Source of the DNA: Bacteroidota bacterium
GTDB taxonomy: Bacteria; Bacteroidota; Ignavibacteria; Ignavibacteriales; Ignavibacteriaceae
Length of the DNA: 64,000 nt
Reading direction: 5' to 3'
Assembly: GCA_022708025.1 (NCBI GenBank)
Contig: JAKIZM010000008.1
Span: 4,612-68,611 of the forward strand
Part shown: positions 1 through 9,308 of the stretch, piece by piece
How positions within the stretch are numbered: the first letter of the stretch is position 1
Layout of the letters: each line of letters opens with the position of its first letter
Program-made: the position numbers and the translations under genes
Notes under the pieces: model-generated
Databases searched by the model: none
What the model was told of the DNA's origin: nothing
What the model saw: the letters and a program-made list of their open reading frames with translations, nothing else

Positions 1-152
1 TTATGATTGTTGGTGCATCAGCAGTTCAAATAGGAACACTAAATTTTATTGATCCGGCTGCACCGGAAAGAATGATAAAAGAACTTGAAGATTATTGTTT
101 ATCTAACGGTGTAAATAAAATTTCAGATTTAACAGCATCATATATAATCTAA
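1..152 (+). CDS. pyrD: dihydroorotate dehydrogenase, C-terminal fragment (5' end outside window)
   Basis: Frame 3 reads MIVGASAVQIGTLNFIDPAAPERMIKELEDYC...ASYII and stops at TAA 150-152, abutting the folC ATG at 153. GASAVQ(I/V)GT..NF is typical of the C-terminal end of class 1 DHODH. Only about 50 aa are visible. Confidence 0.55.
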   Translation, partial: MIVGASAVQIGTLNFIDPAAPERMIKELEDYCLSNGVNKISDLTASYII

Positions 153-1415
153 ATGGATATTCAGGATTCATTAAATAAATTATTCGCTCTTCATCAGTTT
201 GATGTGAAGCTTGGACTGGATAATATTAAAGGATTCCTTGATGCTATTGCTAATCCGCAGGAAAAATTAAAAACTATTCATATTGCCGGATCAAACGGAA
301 AGGGAAGTACATCATCATTTATCGCCAGCATATTGATGGAAGCTGGTTACAGAACCGGTTTATATACCTCACCGCACTTTGTAAAATTTAACGAACGTAT
401 TTCAGTTGACGGTAAATTAATTTCAGATGATTACATTGCTAATTTTATTGATCGAAACCAAAAAAAAATGGAAGAGTTTCATCTTACTTTTTTTGAAGTA
501 ACCACTGCAATGGCATTTGAATATTTTGTTTTTATGGGTGTTGATATTGCTGTAATTGAAACCGGTTTAGGCGGCAGACTTGATGCAACTAATGTGTTAA
601 ATCCTTTAGCTTGTGTAATTACTCCCATAAGTCTTGAGCACACAAATATTCTTGGTGAAGATTTAGAACATATTGCATTTGAAAAATCTGAAATTATAAA
701 ACCTGGTTCAAAAACTTTTATCGGTTTAATGCCCGAAAAAGCTATTAAGGTTATTGAGAAGAAAGCCAACTCAGTAAAATCAGAGTTGTTTTGTCTTGAA
801 GAATATATCGTTGAAAAAGGCGATAATATTCAGTTATATACAGAAGAAATTCAATTTGATGAATGGCTAGTTCCTTTAATAGGAAAACATCAAAAATATA
901 ATGCTGCACTTGCTGCTCTGTGTATAGCAAAATCTTTTGATGTTGATGATCCTTCGATAATCACAAATGGAATTAAAAATGTTGTTAAGAATACGAAAAT
1001 ACAGGGCAGATATGAAATTGCTCTGAATAAACCACGTATTATTCTTGATTCAGCACATAATCCTGAAGGTGTTGAATCTTTAGTTAATACATTTAAGCTT
1101 GAAAAAGCTAATTACAGTAAATCCATTTTATTATTCAGTGTAATGAGGGATAAAAATATCAAGCAAATGCTTTTAACTGTGAAAGATCTGTTTGATGAGA
1201 TATATTTTTATGAATTATCTTATGAGAGAACGGCAAATATAGAAATGCTGAAAACTATTGCTGATTCGCTTTCAATCAAATATGAAATTATTGATGATTT
1301 GAAATTATTTTTAACTCAGTTTATCAATGGACCTAAAGATAATTGCCTTGTGGCAGCAGGAAGTATGTATTTATTAGGAGAAGTAAAGCCAATTTTAAGT
1401 AAACTTCTTTCTTGA
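153..1415 (+). CDS. folC: bifunctional folylpolyglutamate synthase / dihydrofolate synthase
   Basis: 420-aa ORF with the Mur-ligase/FolC P-loop HIAGSNGKGSTSSF, then SPHFVKFNERI and DSAHNPEG motifs. Confidence 0.9.
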   Translation: MDIQDSLNKLFALHQFDVKLGLDNIKGFLDAIANPQEKLKTIHIAGSNGKGSTSSFIASILMEAGYRTGLYTSPHFVKFNERISVDGKLISDDYIANFIDRNQKKMEEFHLTFFEVTTAMAFEYFVFMGVDIAVIETGLGGRLDATNVLNPLACVITPISLEHTNILGEDLEHIAFEKSEIIKPGSKTFIGLMPEKAIKVIEKKANSVKSELFCLEEYIVEKGDNIQLYTEEIQFDEWLVPLIGKHQKYNAALAALCIAKSFDVDDPSIITNGIKNVVKNTKIQGRYEIALNKPRIILDSAHNPEGVESLVNTFKLEKANYSKSILLFSVMRDKNIKQMLLTVKDLFDEIYFYELSYERTANIEMLKTIADSLSIKYEIIDDLKLFLTQFINGPKDNCLVAAGSMYLLGEVKPILSKLLS

Positions 1416-1561
1416 CAATATAAATCTAAGTATTTAATTTTGGGTTAAGACCTCGAGTTCCTTTCATACATATAGAAATACCACGAGAGCTTATCAGGAA
1501 TACCAGTTTTGAAAATTATAAATCGTACATAAATTAAATAACAAAATAACAGGTGCTTAAG

Positions 1562-2815
1562 ATGCCGATGGACATTTCCGATCTTAAATCGAAAAAAATT
1601 GTAGAGCTTAATGAAATAGCTAAAGAGCTTAACATTGCTGGTTACAGCGATCTTAGAAAGCAGGAGCTGATCTTTAAAATTTTGGAAGCTCAAAGTGTTA
1701 AGGATGGTTTAACTTTCTCAAAAGGTGTTCTGGAAGTTCTTCCGGATGGTTATGGTTTTCTCAGATCTTCGGATTATAATTATCTTCCTTCACCGGATGA
1801 TATTTATGTTTCCCCATCTCAAATTAAAAAATTCAGCCTTAGAACAGGTGATTTTGTAAGCGGACAGGTAAGACCTCCGAAAGAAGGTGAGAGGTTTTTT
1901 GCTCTGTTAAGAGTAGAAGCGGTTAATGGGCAATCACCTGACCATATAAGAAACAGAACTTTATTTGATAACCTAACACCTGTTTATCCTACAAAAAAAT
2001 TAATTCTTGAATCAGTCCCGGGCGAATATTCTACACGAATAATGGATATGCTTGCCCCGATTGGAAAAGGTCAGCGCGGACTTATTGTTTCACCGCCTAA
2101 AAGCGGTAAAACAGTTCTGCTTCAGAAGATTGCTAACTCAATTACCAGAAATCATCCTGAGGTAAAATTAATTATTCTTTTAATTGATGAAAGACCTGAA
2201 GAAGTTACCGATATGGAGCGTTCAGTAAAAGCTGAAGTTATCAGTTCTACTTTTGATGAGCCGGCAGACCGCCACGTGCAGGTTGCCGATATGGTTATCG
2301 AAAAAGCAAAAAGACTAGTTGAAGCAAAAGAAGATGTGGTTATTCTTTTGGATAGTATTACAAGATTAGCAAGAGCACATAATATAGTTATTCCTCATAG
2401 CGGAAGAATTTTATCGGGTGGTGTTGATTCTAATGCACTTCACAAACCAAAAAGATTTTTTGGTGCTGCAAGAAATACAGAAGACGGCGGCAGTCTTACT
2501 ATTATTGCTACAGCGTTGATTGATACAGGAAGCAGAATGGATGATGTTATCTTTGAAGAGTTCAAGGGAACCGGTAATATGGAACTTGTACTTAACAGAG
2601 ATCTTAGCGATAGAAGAATCTTTCCGGCAATTGATGTAAACAGATCAGGCACGAGAAGAGAAGATTTACTGATGAAAGAAGATGATCTTGCTAAAGTATG
2701 GATCTTAAGAAAAATTCTTAGCGATTTTAATCCGGTTGAAGCAATGGAATTTTTATTAGATAAAGTAAGGGGAACAAAAAACAATAAAGAATTCCTGAAT
2801 AATATGAACAGTTAA
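1562..2815 (+). CDS. rho: transcription termination factor Rho
   Basis: N-terminal Rho_N helix ([18 protein letters not shown]...[13 protein letters not shown]), an RNA-binding CSD-like part ([14 protein letters not shown]), Walker A PPKSGKT and [10 protein letters not shown]. The ORF opens at GTG 1553. ATG 1562 or 1568 is equally possible. Confidence 0.95.
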   Translation: MPMDISDLKSKKIVELNEIAKELNIAGYSDLRKQELIFKILEAQSVKDGLTFSKGVLEVLPDGYGFLRSSDYNYLPSPDDIYVSPSQIKKFSLRTGDFVSGQVRPPKEGERFFALLRVEAVNGQSPDHIRNRTLFDNLTPVYPTKKLILESVPGEYSTRIMDMLAPIGKGQRGLIVSPPKSGKTVLLQKIANSITRNHPEVKLIILLIDERPEEVTDMERSVKAEVISSTFDEPADRHVQVADMVIEKAKRLVEAKEDVVILLDSITRLARAHNIVIPHSGRILSGGVDSNALHKPKRFFGAARNTEDGGSLTIIATALIDTGSRMDDVIFEEFKGTGNMELVLNRDLSDRRIFPAIDVNRSGTRREDLLMKEDDLAKVWILRKILSDFNPVEAMEFLLDKVRGTKNNKEFLNNMNS

Positions 2816-2910
2816 ATCTGATTCTCAACTCTTTTTAATAGGGCAATTAGTTTTCCGGTTTTAATAAATCGATTGTTTTTTTATTATCAGCATATAAGCT
2901 TTGTGCCAGA

Positions 2911-4191
2911 ATGAAAAAATTATTTATTGTTACATTACTGTTAACATATAGTGTTTTAGCACAATCAGAAATTAATAGCCTTCGCGAAATCATTCAAGCA
3001 GGTAAGTATTATAATTCAGAGATACATTATTTTCCCACTAACGGTAGTTTTAATGTTTTCTATATTTATAAAATATCTTATTCACAGCTTTTCTTTGAAA
3101 AAATATCAGAGCAGTTCAAAGCAGGAATTTCAGTCAATATAGAAATTAAAGATTCTGCTGGACACGTTATTGACAGGGGTTTTGATAAACAAAATGTAAC
3201 CGCTAAAGATTTTGATCAGTCAAACTCTGAAGAGCTTTTTATCAATGGTCTCATAAAATTTAACTTGCCAAAAGGTAAATATTCTTTTATTCCATTTATT
3301 TCTGATTTAATATCCAAAAGGGAAAGAAAGTTATTGCCTATACCGGTTGAGATTTCTGATTCAGTTTTAATTCTCAATCCGATTGTTATAAATCCTGCAA
3401 AAAGTTTATGCTCTAATGGTTATGAATTTTATCAGATTATAAACAATACTTCTGCAGTTCCTTTCAACCAACCGTATAACTCTTTACTGATTCCTGTTAC
3501 TCGGAATAATATTAAAAATCTGAGATATTCAATCTCAAGTGCTGAAAGTACAATTGTTAAAGATCAGATAATAGATGAGGCGGTATTTTTAAATAATATT
3601 ATTTCTATTTGTGATAAGAATGCTGCGTTGTATAAGTCAACCGATCAGGATTCAATCAAATATTTTGTCATTAAAAACTTTACTGCCGGCTTACCTGAAA
3701 CTCCAATAAAAATTGAAATTACGATAGATAGTTTAAATTCATATAAACAAAAATTTGATATTGATGTTATTTGGATCCATAAACCAAAATCACTACTAGA
3801 CCCTGAGCAGGCGATAAGATTCCTTGAAATAATCGAACCCAAAGAAGTTATAGCTGAATTGTTAAGTAAAAAAGATTATACAAAAACATTAAATCAATAT
3901 TGGAAAACGAAGGATCCGACACCTACAACAACTTATAACGAGTTGATGAATGAATTTTATTCACGTATAGATTATTGTGATATAAAGTTTAAACCGATTG
4001 GCAACAACAGCGGAGCAAAAACTGATCGTGGCAGAATTTATATTAAATACGGAACGCCAGATACTATTGAACGGGACTCAAACATTGATGATAAAGTTGT
4101 TGAAACCTGGTTTTACAAGCAGTTAAAAAGATCATTTATCTTTATCGATAATGATGGAAACGGAAAATTTCAGTTGGTTGGTAATCAATGA
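2911..4191 (+). CDS. GWxTD-domain family secreted protein (variant motif GAKTD)
   Basis: Signal peptide MKKLFIVTLLLTYSVLAQ. The C-terminus GAKTDRGRIYIKYGTPDTIE...ETWFYKQLKRSFIFIDNDGNGKFQLV matches the GWxTD domain pattern, except that W is replaced by A. Confidence 0.7.
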   Translation: MKKLFIVTLLLTYSVLAQSEINSLREIIQAGKYYNSEIHYFPTNGSFNVFYIYKISYSQLFFEKISEQFKAGISVNIEIKDSAGHVIDRGFDKQNVTAKDFDQSNSEELFINGLIKFNLPKGKYSFIPFISDLISKRERKLLPIPVEISDSVLILNPIVINPAKSLCSNGYEFYQIINNTSAVPFNQPYNSLLIPVTRNNIKNLRYSISSAESTIVKDQIIDEAVFLNNIISICDKNAALYKSTDQDSIKYFVIKNFTAGLPETPIKIEITIDSLNSYKQKFDIDVIWIHKPKSLLDPEQAIRFLEIIEPKEVIAELLSKKDYTKTLNQYWKTKDPTPTTTYNELMNEFYSRIDYCDIKFKPIGNNSGAKTDRGRIYIKYGTPDTIERDSNIDDKVVETWFYKQLKRSFIFIDNDGNGKFQLVGNQ

Positions 4192-5180
4192 GCAGAGTTA
4201 TTTTTACTTGCGGCGATATTAATGGTATCGGGCCAGAAATTTCCATTAAACTTTTTTCTAAATTGCTGGCATCCAAGTCAAAAAAAACAATTGGATTTGT
4301 TTGTCCGATAAATGTCTTTAATTATTATTATAAATTACTCAAAGCTGATTTCAAATATCATCTTTGCGATAAAGATTTGTGTAGTGGCTCATCTTTAAAT
4401 CTGATCCCAATGGAAGATTATAAATTAACTATTGGAAAAGCCACGAAGGATTCCGGTAAAGCTGCGTATAAATCAATTATAAGATCAATTGAATTTGTAA
4501 AAGAAGGCTTAGCAGATGCATTAGTAACGGCGCCTATTTCGAAAGCAGCTTTTAATATTGCAGGAATAAAATTTCCCGGGCATACGGAATTACTGGCAGC
4601 ATCAGAAAAACAAAATAAATATTTGATGATGTTTTTGTCAAAGGATGTGAATGCTGCTTTGTTAACAATACATGAACCTTTGAAAGATATACCATTACTT
4701 ATATCAAGAACAAAAATTATTGATGCATTGACTCTGATTCAAATGAGCGCTAAAAATGATTTTGCAATTCATAATCCAAGAATAGCAGTCCTTGGATTAA
4801 ATCCACACGCTGGAGAAAATGGTAATATTGGGAGCGAAGAAAAAAACATAATTACTCCTGCTATTAAACAATTGAGTAAAAAGATAAGTGTAGATGGTCC
4901 TTTTGTACCTGATGCTTTTTGGGGGACAAAACTTTTTAAACGATATGATTTCGTTTTAGGTATGTATCACGATCAGGTATTGATACCATTCAAGTTGATG
5001 AATTTTGACAGGGGAGTAAATTATACTGCAGGATTAAAAATAATAAGAACTTCCCCAGATCACGGCACCGCATTTGACATCGCAGGAAAAGGAATAGCGA
5101 GTGAGCAAAGTTTATCTGAGGCTTATCGTTTTGCATTAAGGATCCATTTGAACAGGAAAAAAATAATTGAAAAAGGATAA
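4188..5180 (+). CDS. pdxA: 4-hydroxythreonine-4-phosphate dehydrogenase
   Basis: GDINGIGPEI, GHTELLA, NPHAGENG and SPDHGTAFDIAGKG motifs. The start overlaps the upstream stop (ATGA). Confidence 0.9.
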   Translation: MSRVIFTCGDINGIGPEISIKLFSKLLASKSKKTIGFVCPINVFNYYYKLLKADFKYHLCDKDLCSGSSLNLIPMEDYKLTIGKATKDSGKAAYKSIIRSIEFVKEGLADALVTAPISKAAFNIAGIKFPGHTELLAASEKQNKYLMMFLSKDVNAALLTIHEPLKDIPLLISRTKIIDALTLIQMSAKNDFAIHNPRIAVLGLNPHAGENGNIGSEEKNIITPAIKQLSKKISVDGPFVPDAFWGTKLFKRYDFVLGMYHDQVLIPFKLMNFDRGVNYTAGLKIIRTSPDHGTAFDIAGKGIASEQSLSEAYRFALRIHLNRKKIIEKG

Positions 5181-5898
5181 GCATATTGATCCTTATAAGC
5201 ATGTTGCTTTCATTTACCCGGATATAATGGATTTTGTGGATTACAAGTGGTGGGCAAAATACATCTATTCCATAACTGTAAATCATCTGAAAAAATCTCC
5301 ATCTGTGCTTGAACTTGGAGCAGGTAATTGCAAAATGGCAGCCTATCTTTCTGAAGATTATAAGGATTACATTGCTTCCGATATTTCTTTAAGTATGTTA
5401 TCAGGTTCTGTTTGTAAGATAAATAAAGTATGCTGCGATATGACAGCACTGCCATTTAATAAAAAATTTGATTTGATATTTTCAGCCTTCGACAGCATTA
5501 ATTATCTTACCAGCAAAGCAAAATTGCAGACTTTGTTTCAGCAGGTTTATTCTAATCTTACTGATGAAGGGATATTTGCATTTGATGCAGCGCTAATTAA
5601 TAATAGTTACAAACTCCAGAAAGTAGCAGAAACAAGTGGAAATTTTAATGGAATAAAATATTATCGTAAAAGTAAATTTTATCCTGTTAGCAGAATTCAT
5701 AAAAATATTTTCAGAATTTATTTTTCTGATAAAGTAATCACAGAAATTCATACGCAAAAGATTTTTGAGTTTGAAACTTATTTTGAAGTCGCAGAAAAAT
5801 GTAATTTATATGTTGCAGATTGCCTTAAAGCTTTTACATATCGTAAAGCAAAGGCAACATCTGACAGAGTACAGTTTATTATGAAGAGGAAAACATAA
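5167..5898 (+). CDS. class I SAM-dependent methyltransferase
   Basis: SAM-binding motif I VLELGAGNCKMA, an acidic loop (ASDIS) and the N-terminal IYPDIMDFVDYKWWAKYI pattern of small-molecule methyltransferases. TTG start at 5167 overlaps the pdxA end. Confidence 0.7.
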   Translation: MKKDKHIDPYKHVAFIYPDIMDFVDYKWWAKYIYSITVNHLKKSPSVLELGAGNCKMAAYLSEDYKDYIASDISLSMLSGSVCKINKVCCDMTALPFNKKFDLIFSAFDSINYLTSKAKLQTLFQQVYSNLTDEGIFAFDAALINNSYKLQKVAETSGNFNGIKYYRKSKFYPVSRIHKNIFRIYFSDKVITEIHTQKIFEFETYFEVAEKCNLYVADCLKAFTYRKAKATSDRVQFIMKRKT

Positions 5899-6572
5899 TG
5901 CTCTCAATACAAAATGTAACTTTTAATTATGAAAATCAGCCGTTGTTTGATAATGTAAATCTTGAACTTGGTGCTGGAGAATTTGCATTTCTTATCGGGA
6001 AAAGCGGTTCAGGTAAGACAACCTTGCTCCAAATGGTGTATATGAATGTAATACCTGATTCCGGCTCAGTATCAGTAGGTAGTTTTAATAGTAAAACAAT
6101 AAAGAAAAGTGAACTTCCGCATTTAAGAAGAAAAATCGGAATTGTGTTTCAGGATTTTAAACTATTAAATGACAGAAATGTTTTTGAAAACTTATCCTTT
6201 GTCCTGGAAGTAACAGCAACTCCCAAAAGAGAGATAAAAAAGAGAGTTAATGATGTTCTTAATGAAGTTGGTCTTTCACACAAAAGATTAACAAAACCTG
6301 ATAAACTTTCCGGCGGAGAAAAACAAAAAGTAGCAATAGCAAGAGCAATTCTGAATGATCCGTTAATTATTCTTGCAGATGAACCTACCGGTAACCTTGA
6401 TCCGGAAACTTCAGGTGAAATCCTTGATCTGCTTCAGAAGATCAACAAAAGAGGTACAGCTATTCTGGTAGCTACACATAATTATGATATGGTAAGAAAA
6501 GGGAATACACGCGTATTCAAAATCGAATCAGGAAAAATTCTTAAAGGATATCTAAAACAAAAAGATCAGTGA
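5898..6572 (+). CDS. ftsE: cell-division ABC ATPase FtsE-like
   Basis: 224 aa with Walker [10 protein letters not shown], signature [14 protein letters not shown] and Walker [13 protein letters not shown]. Size and motifs fit FtsE. No ftsX follows it. Confidence 0.75.
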   Translation: MLSIQNVTFNYENQPLFDNVNLELGAGEFAFLIGKSGSGKTTLLQMVYMNVIPDSGSVSVGSFNSKTIKKSELPHLRRKIGIVFQDFKLLNDRNVFENLSFVLEVTATPKREIKKRVNDVLNEVGLSHKRLTKPDKLSGGEKQKVAIARAILNDPLIILADEPTGNLDPETSGEILDLLQKINKRGTAILVATHNYDMVRKGNTRVFKIESGKILKGYLKQKDQ

Positions 6573-7225
6573 TAAAGATTTTTTGCTTTTAGTGCCTCAA
6601 TAATTTCTTTGTTTACATTTTCAATTGTATCAAGTCCGTTTACTTCAATTACTCTTCCTTTACTTTTATAATAATCAAGTACAGGCATAGTAGTGGATTT
6701 GAATACCTCTAAACGGTTTTTAATCACTTCTTCTTTGTCATCATTACGAAGATAGAAACTATTTTCTGCTCCACAATTCGGACAGGTTTTCATTCCTTCA
6801 ATATCTTTTAGAACATAAATATTACCGCATTGTTTACAAGCACGCCGATTATTTAGTCTTTTGATTATTTCATTTTCATCCGCTGTAATATTTATCAGAA
6901 CAGCATCATTAATTCCGATTTGTGAAAATAACTTATCAAGTGCTTCAGCTTGAACAGTTGTTCTAGGAAAACCATCCAAAATAAAACCCTTCTTACATTC
7001 ATCAGAAGCGAGCACTTCCTTAATTAAAGCAATCATCAGATCATCCGGAACAAGTTCTCCCCGTGACATTATTTCTCCGGCTTTTCTGCCCAGTTCAGTT
7101 TGTTCCTTAACTGCTTTGCGTAATATATCACCTGTTGAAATATGAGGGATGTTTAAATTTTTTGAAATGATTTTTGCTTGTGTGCCTTTGCCCACCCCTG
7201 GTGAGCCGAAAAGTATTATCCGCAT
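6566..7225 (-). CDS. adk: adenylate kinase (zinc-lid type)
   Basis: MRIILFGSPGVGKGTQA P-loop, GFILDGFPRT, and a four-Cys lid CKQCG...CPNCG. Confidence 0.95.
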   Translation of the reverse strand: MRIILFGSPGVGKGTQAKIISKNLNIPHISTGDILRKAVKEQTELGRKAGEIMSRGELVPDDLMIALIKEVLASDECKKGFILDGFPRTTVQAEALDKLFSQIGINDAVLINITADENEIIKRLNNRRACKQCGNIYVLKDIEGMKTCPNCGAENSFYLRNDDKEEVIKNRLEVFKSTTMPVLDYYKSKGRVIEVNGLDTIENVNKEIIEALKAKNLYH

Positions 7226-7290
7226 AATTTTAATTTTTTTTTATGCAAATTAGATTTATTTAAATACCTAAGCAAGATTTTATGATTTTA

Positions 7291-7770
7291 TCAGAATATT
7301 TTTTCTGAACCTTTTCTATATTGATTAAAAAAAGATTTTAATAGTTGCTCGCTTTCTTTTGCTAGGATTCCGCTAAAAACTTTGATAGTATGATTTGTTT
7401 TAGAGTTTTCTGCAAGATTATGAATACTTCCGCAAGCCCCGAATTTAAGATCATTGACACCATAAAAAAGCCGATTTATTCTTGAAGCTAATAAAGCACC
7501 GGTACACATAATACAAGGTTCCATTGTTACATAAATATCACATTCATTCAATCGCCAGTTATCAAGATTATTTGATGCAGAAGTTATTGCGATCATTTCG
7601 GCATGAGCAGTAGCATCTTTTAATTTTTCTGTTTGGTTATAACCTCTTCCAATGATTTTATTGTTATGAACTACAACTGCTCCAACAGGAACTTCATTCT
7701 CTTCAAAAGCTTTTTCTGCTTCCTGCAGTGCAGCATACATAAATCTATATTGTTGTTCTTCAAATAACAC
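7291..7770 (-). CDS. tadA: tRNA adenosine(34) deaminase
   Basis: CDA-fold zinc motifs HAEMIAI and PCIMCTGAL, 159 aa. Confidence 0.9.
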   Translation of the reverse strand: MLFEEQQYRFMYAALQEAEKAFEENEVPVGAVVVHNNKIIGRGYNQTEKLKDATAHAEMIAITSASNNLDNWRLNECDIYVTMEPCIMCTGALLASRINRLFYGVNDLKFGACGSIHNLAENSKTNHTIKVFSGILAKESEQLLKSFFNQYRKGSEKIF

Positions 7771-8078
7771 TAAAAACCTTTCAAAAGAATTTTTATTTCA
7801 TATTTAATTTAATGAATTTTCTTATTTCTGGATGAACGGTAAAAACAAAAATCATATCAATTTATTTTATATAAGTTATATACTATTCTCAAATTTCATA
7901 TAGAAGGGTAACTATTTATAATAAAATGGATTAGAAAAAATATTTAGAATCAAATCTCGATAAATTATTTAATAAACAATTTATACTGTTTATGATAAAT
8001 GGTAACAATTCTTGTCCAATAAAAGGATAATTTTGTATATAAAAATATTTTTATTTTATTTTGAAAGGATATGCTGAA

Positions 8079-8921
8079 ATGAAAAGCTCATTAAAATTAT
8101 TTACTTTATTATTTATTATAGTTTGTTTACCATATTTGACAATGGCCCAAAATGTATCTTCAGAACAAGGTAGTGAACTACTTACAAGTATGAATCAATA
8201 TCTAAAAGCAGTTAATCTTGAAAAAGGTATTATATCAAGTAAGGATAATTTGAAAGATTTTCTTTCAATTGCTGTTGAGGATAACTGGAATAAGGATATC
8301 CGGTTCTGGGTTTCTGCTCAGTGGGGAACAAAAGACTATAACGGTTTTATTTCCAAACAATTTGAGTTAAAAGGCAATGATCTGACTTCAATTGGAAATG
8401 GGAACAGACCAGCCAAAAAATCAGAGGGAAAATATTTTGGAATTAACTTCGACGGCGATAATGATTATTGGGTGAATTCATCATTTAAATCTGCTCAGCC
8501 ATTTAGCGTTTTCATTGTATTTAAAACAGATGAAACTAATGCAGAAAATGTTCTGTTGGAATCAGCCGGAACAAAAACTAATCAGATCAAAATTGAAAAC
8601 GGAAAAGACGGAAAACCTGAATTAGTTATAGAAAGCGGTGGAACTTTTAAAATTCCCGGTCTTACTGATGGTGTTAACTATATCTTGATCGAATATAATC
8701 TGAAAGATTCAAAAGTTTTTATAAATGGTAAACTTGCTTATAATAATTCAATTGGACACAGCGATTTCGATGGGATTCAAATTGGGAAGGGAACTGTGAA
8801 TAATAAATATAATTACTTCAAAGGTTCCATATACGAATTAGGTATTTTACAGACTACTTTAAATGATCAGTCGCGTAATACTCTATTTAATTTTATTAAG
8901 GAAACTTACAACTTAAGATAG
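8079..8921 (+). CDS. secreted LamG/concanavalin-like jelly-roll protein (hypothetical)
   Basis: Signal peptide MKSSLKLFTLLFIIVCLPYLTMAQ starts at ATG 8079, with AAGGA about 8 nt upstream. The ORF track starts it at TTG 8061. The FDGDNDYW...PFSVFIVFK...GSIYELGIL pattern resembles Laminin_G_3 domains. Confidence 0.55.
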   Translation: MKSSLKLFTLLFIIVCLPYLTMAQNVSSEQGSELLTSMNQYLKAVNLEKGIISSKDNLKDFLSIAVEDNWNKDIRFWVSAQWGTKDYNGFISKQFELKGNDLTSIGNGNRPAKKSEGKYFGINFDGDNDYWVNSSFKSAQPFSVFIVFKTDETNAENVLLESAGTKTNQIKIENGKDGKPELVIESGGTFKIPGLTDGVNYILIEYNLKDSKVFINGKLAYNNSIGHSDFDGIQIGKGTVNNKYNYFKGSIYELGILQTTLNDQSRNTLFNFIKETYNLR

Positions 8922-8942
8922 AGCTCGTTTAACTAACTTAAA

Positions 8943-8990
8943 CCCGCAGTAATTATTGATTTTGAAGAATTGCTGCGGGGATTTATTTTT
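8943..8990 (+). terminator. rho-independent terminator after the LamG-like gene
   Basis: CCCGCAGTAATT (8943-8954) pairs with AATTGCTGCGGG (8968-8979) with one mismatch. TTTATTTTT follows. Confidence 0.7.
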
Positions 8991-9114
8991 AAAAAATTTT
9001 TATGAAATCTGAAAACATAAAAGTCCGTTAAAAAAAAAGTTTTACTTCATAATCAGCCTGTGGCTGAGAACCCTCAGACTATTAAATCAAATTTGGAATA
9101 TTATTAAAAGAAAG

Positions 9115-9188
9115 TACACCCGGAAGGATTCGAACCCTCAACCCTTTGATCCGAAGTCAAATGCTCTATCCAGTTGAGCTACGGGTGC
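9115..9188 (-). tRNA. tRNA-Arg (anticodon UCG)
   Basis: The reverse complement folds as a cloverleaf: acceptor GCACCCG/CGGGTGT, D arm GCTC-AACTGGATA-GAGC, anticodon stem TTTGA/TCAAA with loop CTTCGGA (anticodon TCG), T arm GAGGG-TTCGAAT-CCTTC. Pair 1-72 is G-U, the discriminator is A, and no CCA is encoded. Confidence 0.9.
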
Positions 9189-9308
9189 TTAATGCAAAAT
9201 TACAATTATGTATAATCTGTTCAAAACCTGATTTTTTAACTTCTTGATTGCAAATAGAAATTAAACGATATTCGTTCTCCAAATTCCATTATATTTAATT
9301 TATAAACC

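Noticed and set aside
8028-8035. A Bacteroidota-type -7 promoter box TAATTTTG (TAnnTTTG) upstream of the LamG-like gene.
   Set aside because: The expected -33 TTTG element at 19-21 nt spacing is absent, with only CTTG at 13 nt. A single 8-mer of this kind is common in AT-rich DNA.
9052-9066. A small hairpin TCAGCC-TGT-GGCTGA downstream of the tRNA, considered as a terminator.
   Set aside because: The stem is only 6 bp, and the T-run on the tRNA strand is separated from the stem by about 14 nt. This is not convincing.
7771-9188. A possible tRNA-Arg-associated genomic islet carrying the LamG-like gene next to the tRNA 3' end.
   Set aside because: There is no integrase, no convincing direct repeat of the tRNA 3' half in 7771-8060, and only a single cargo gene with its own terminator.
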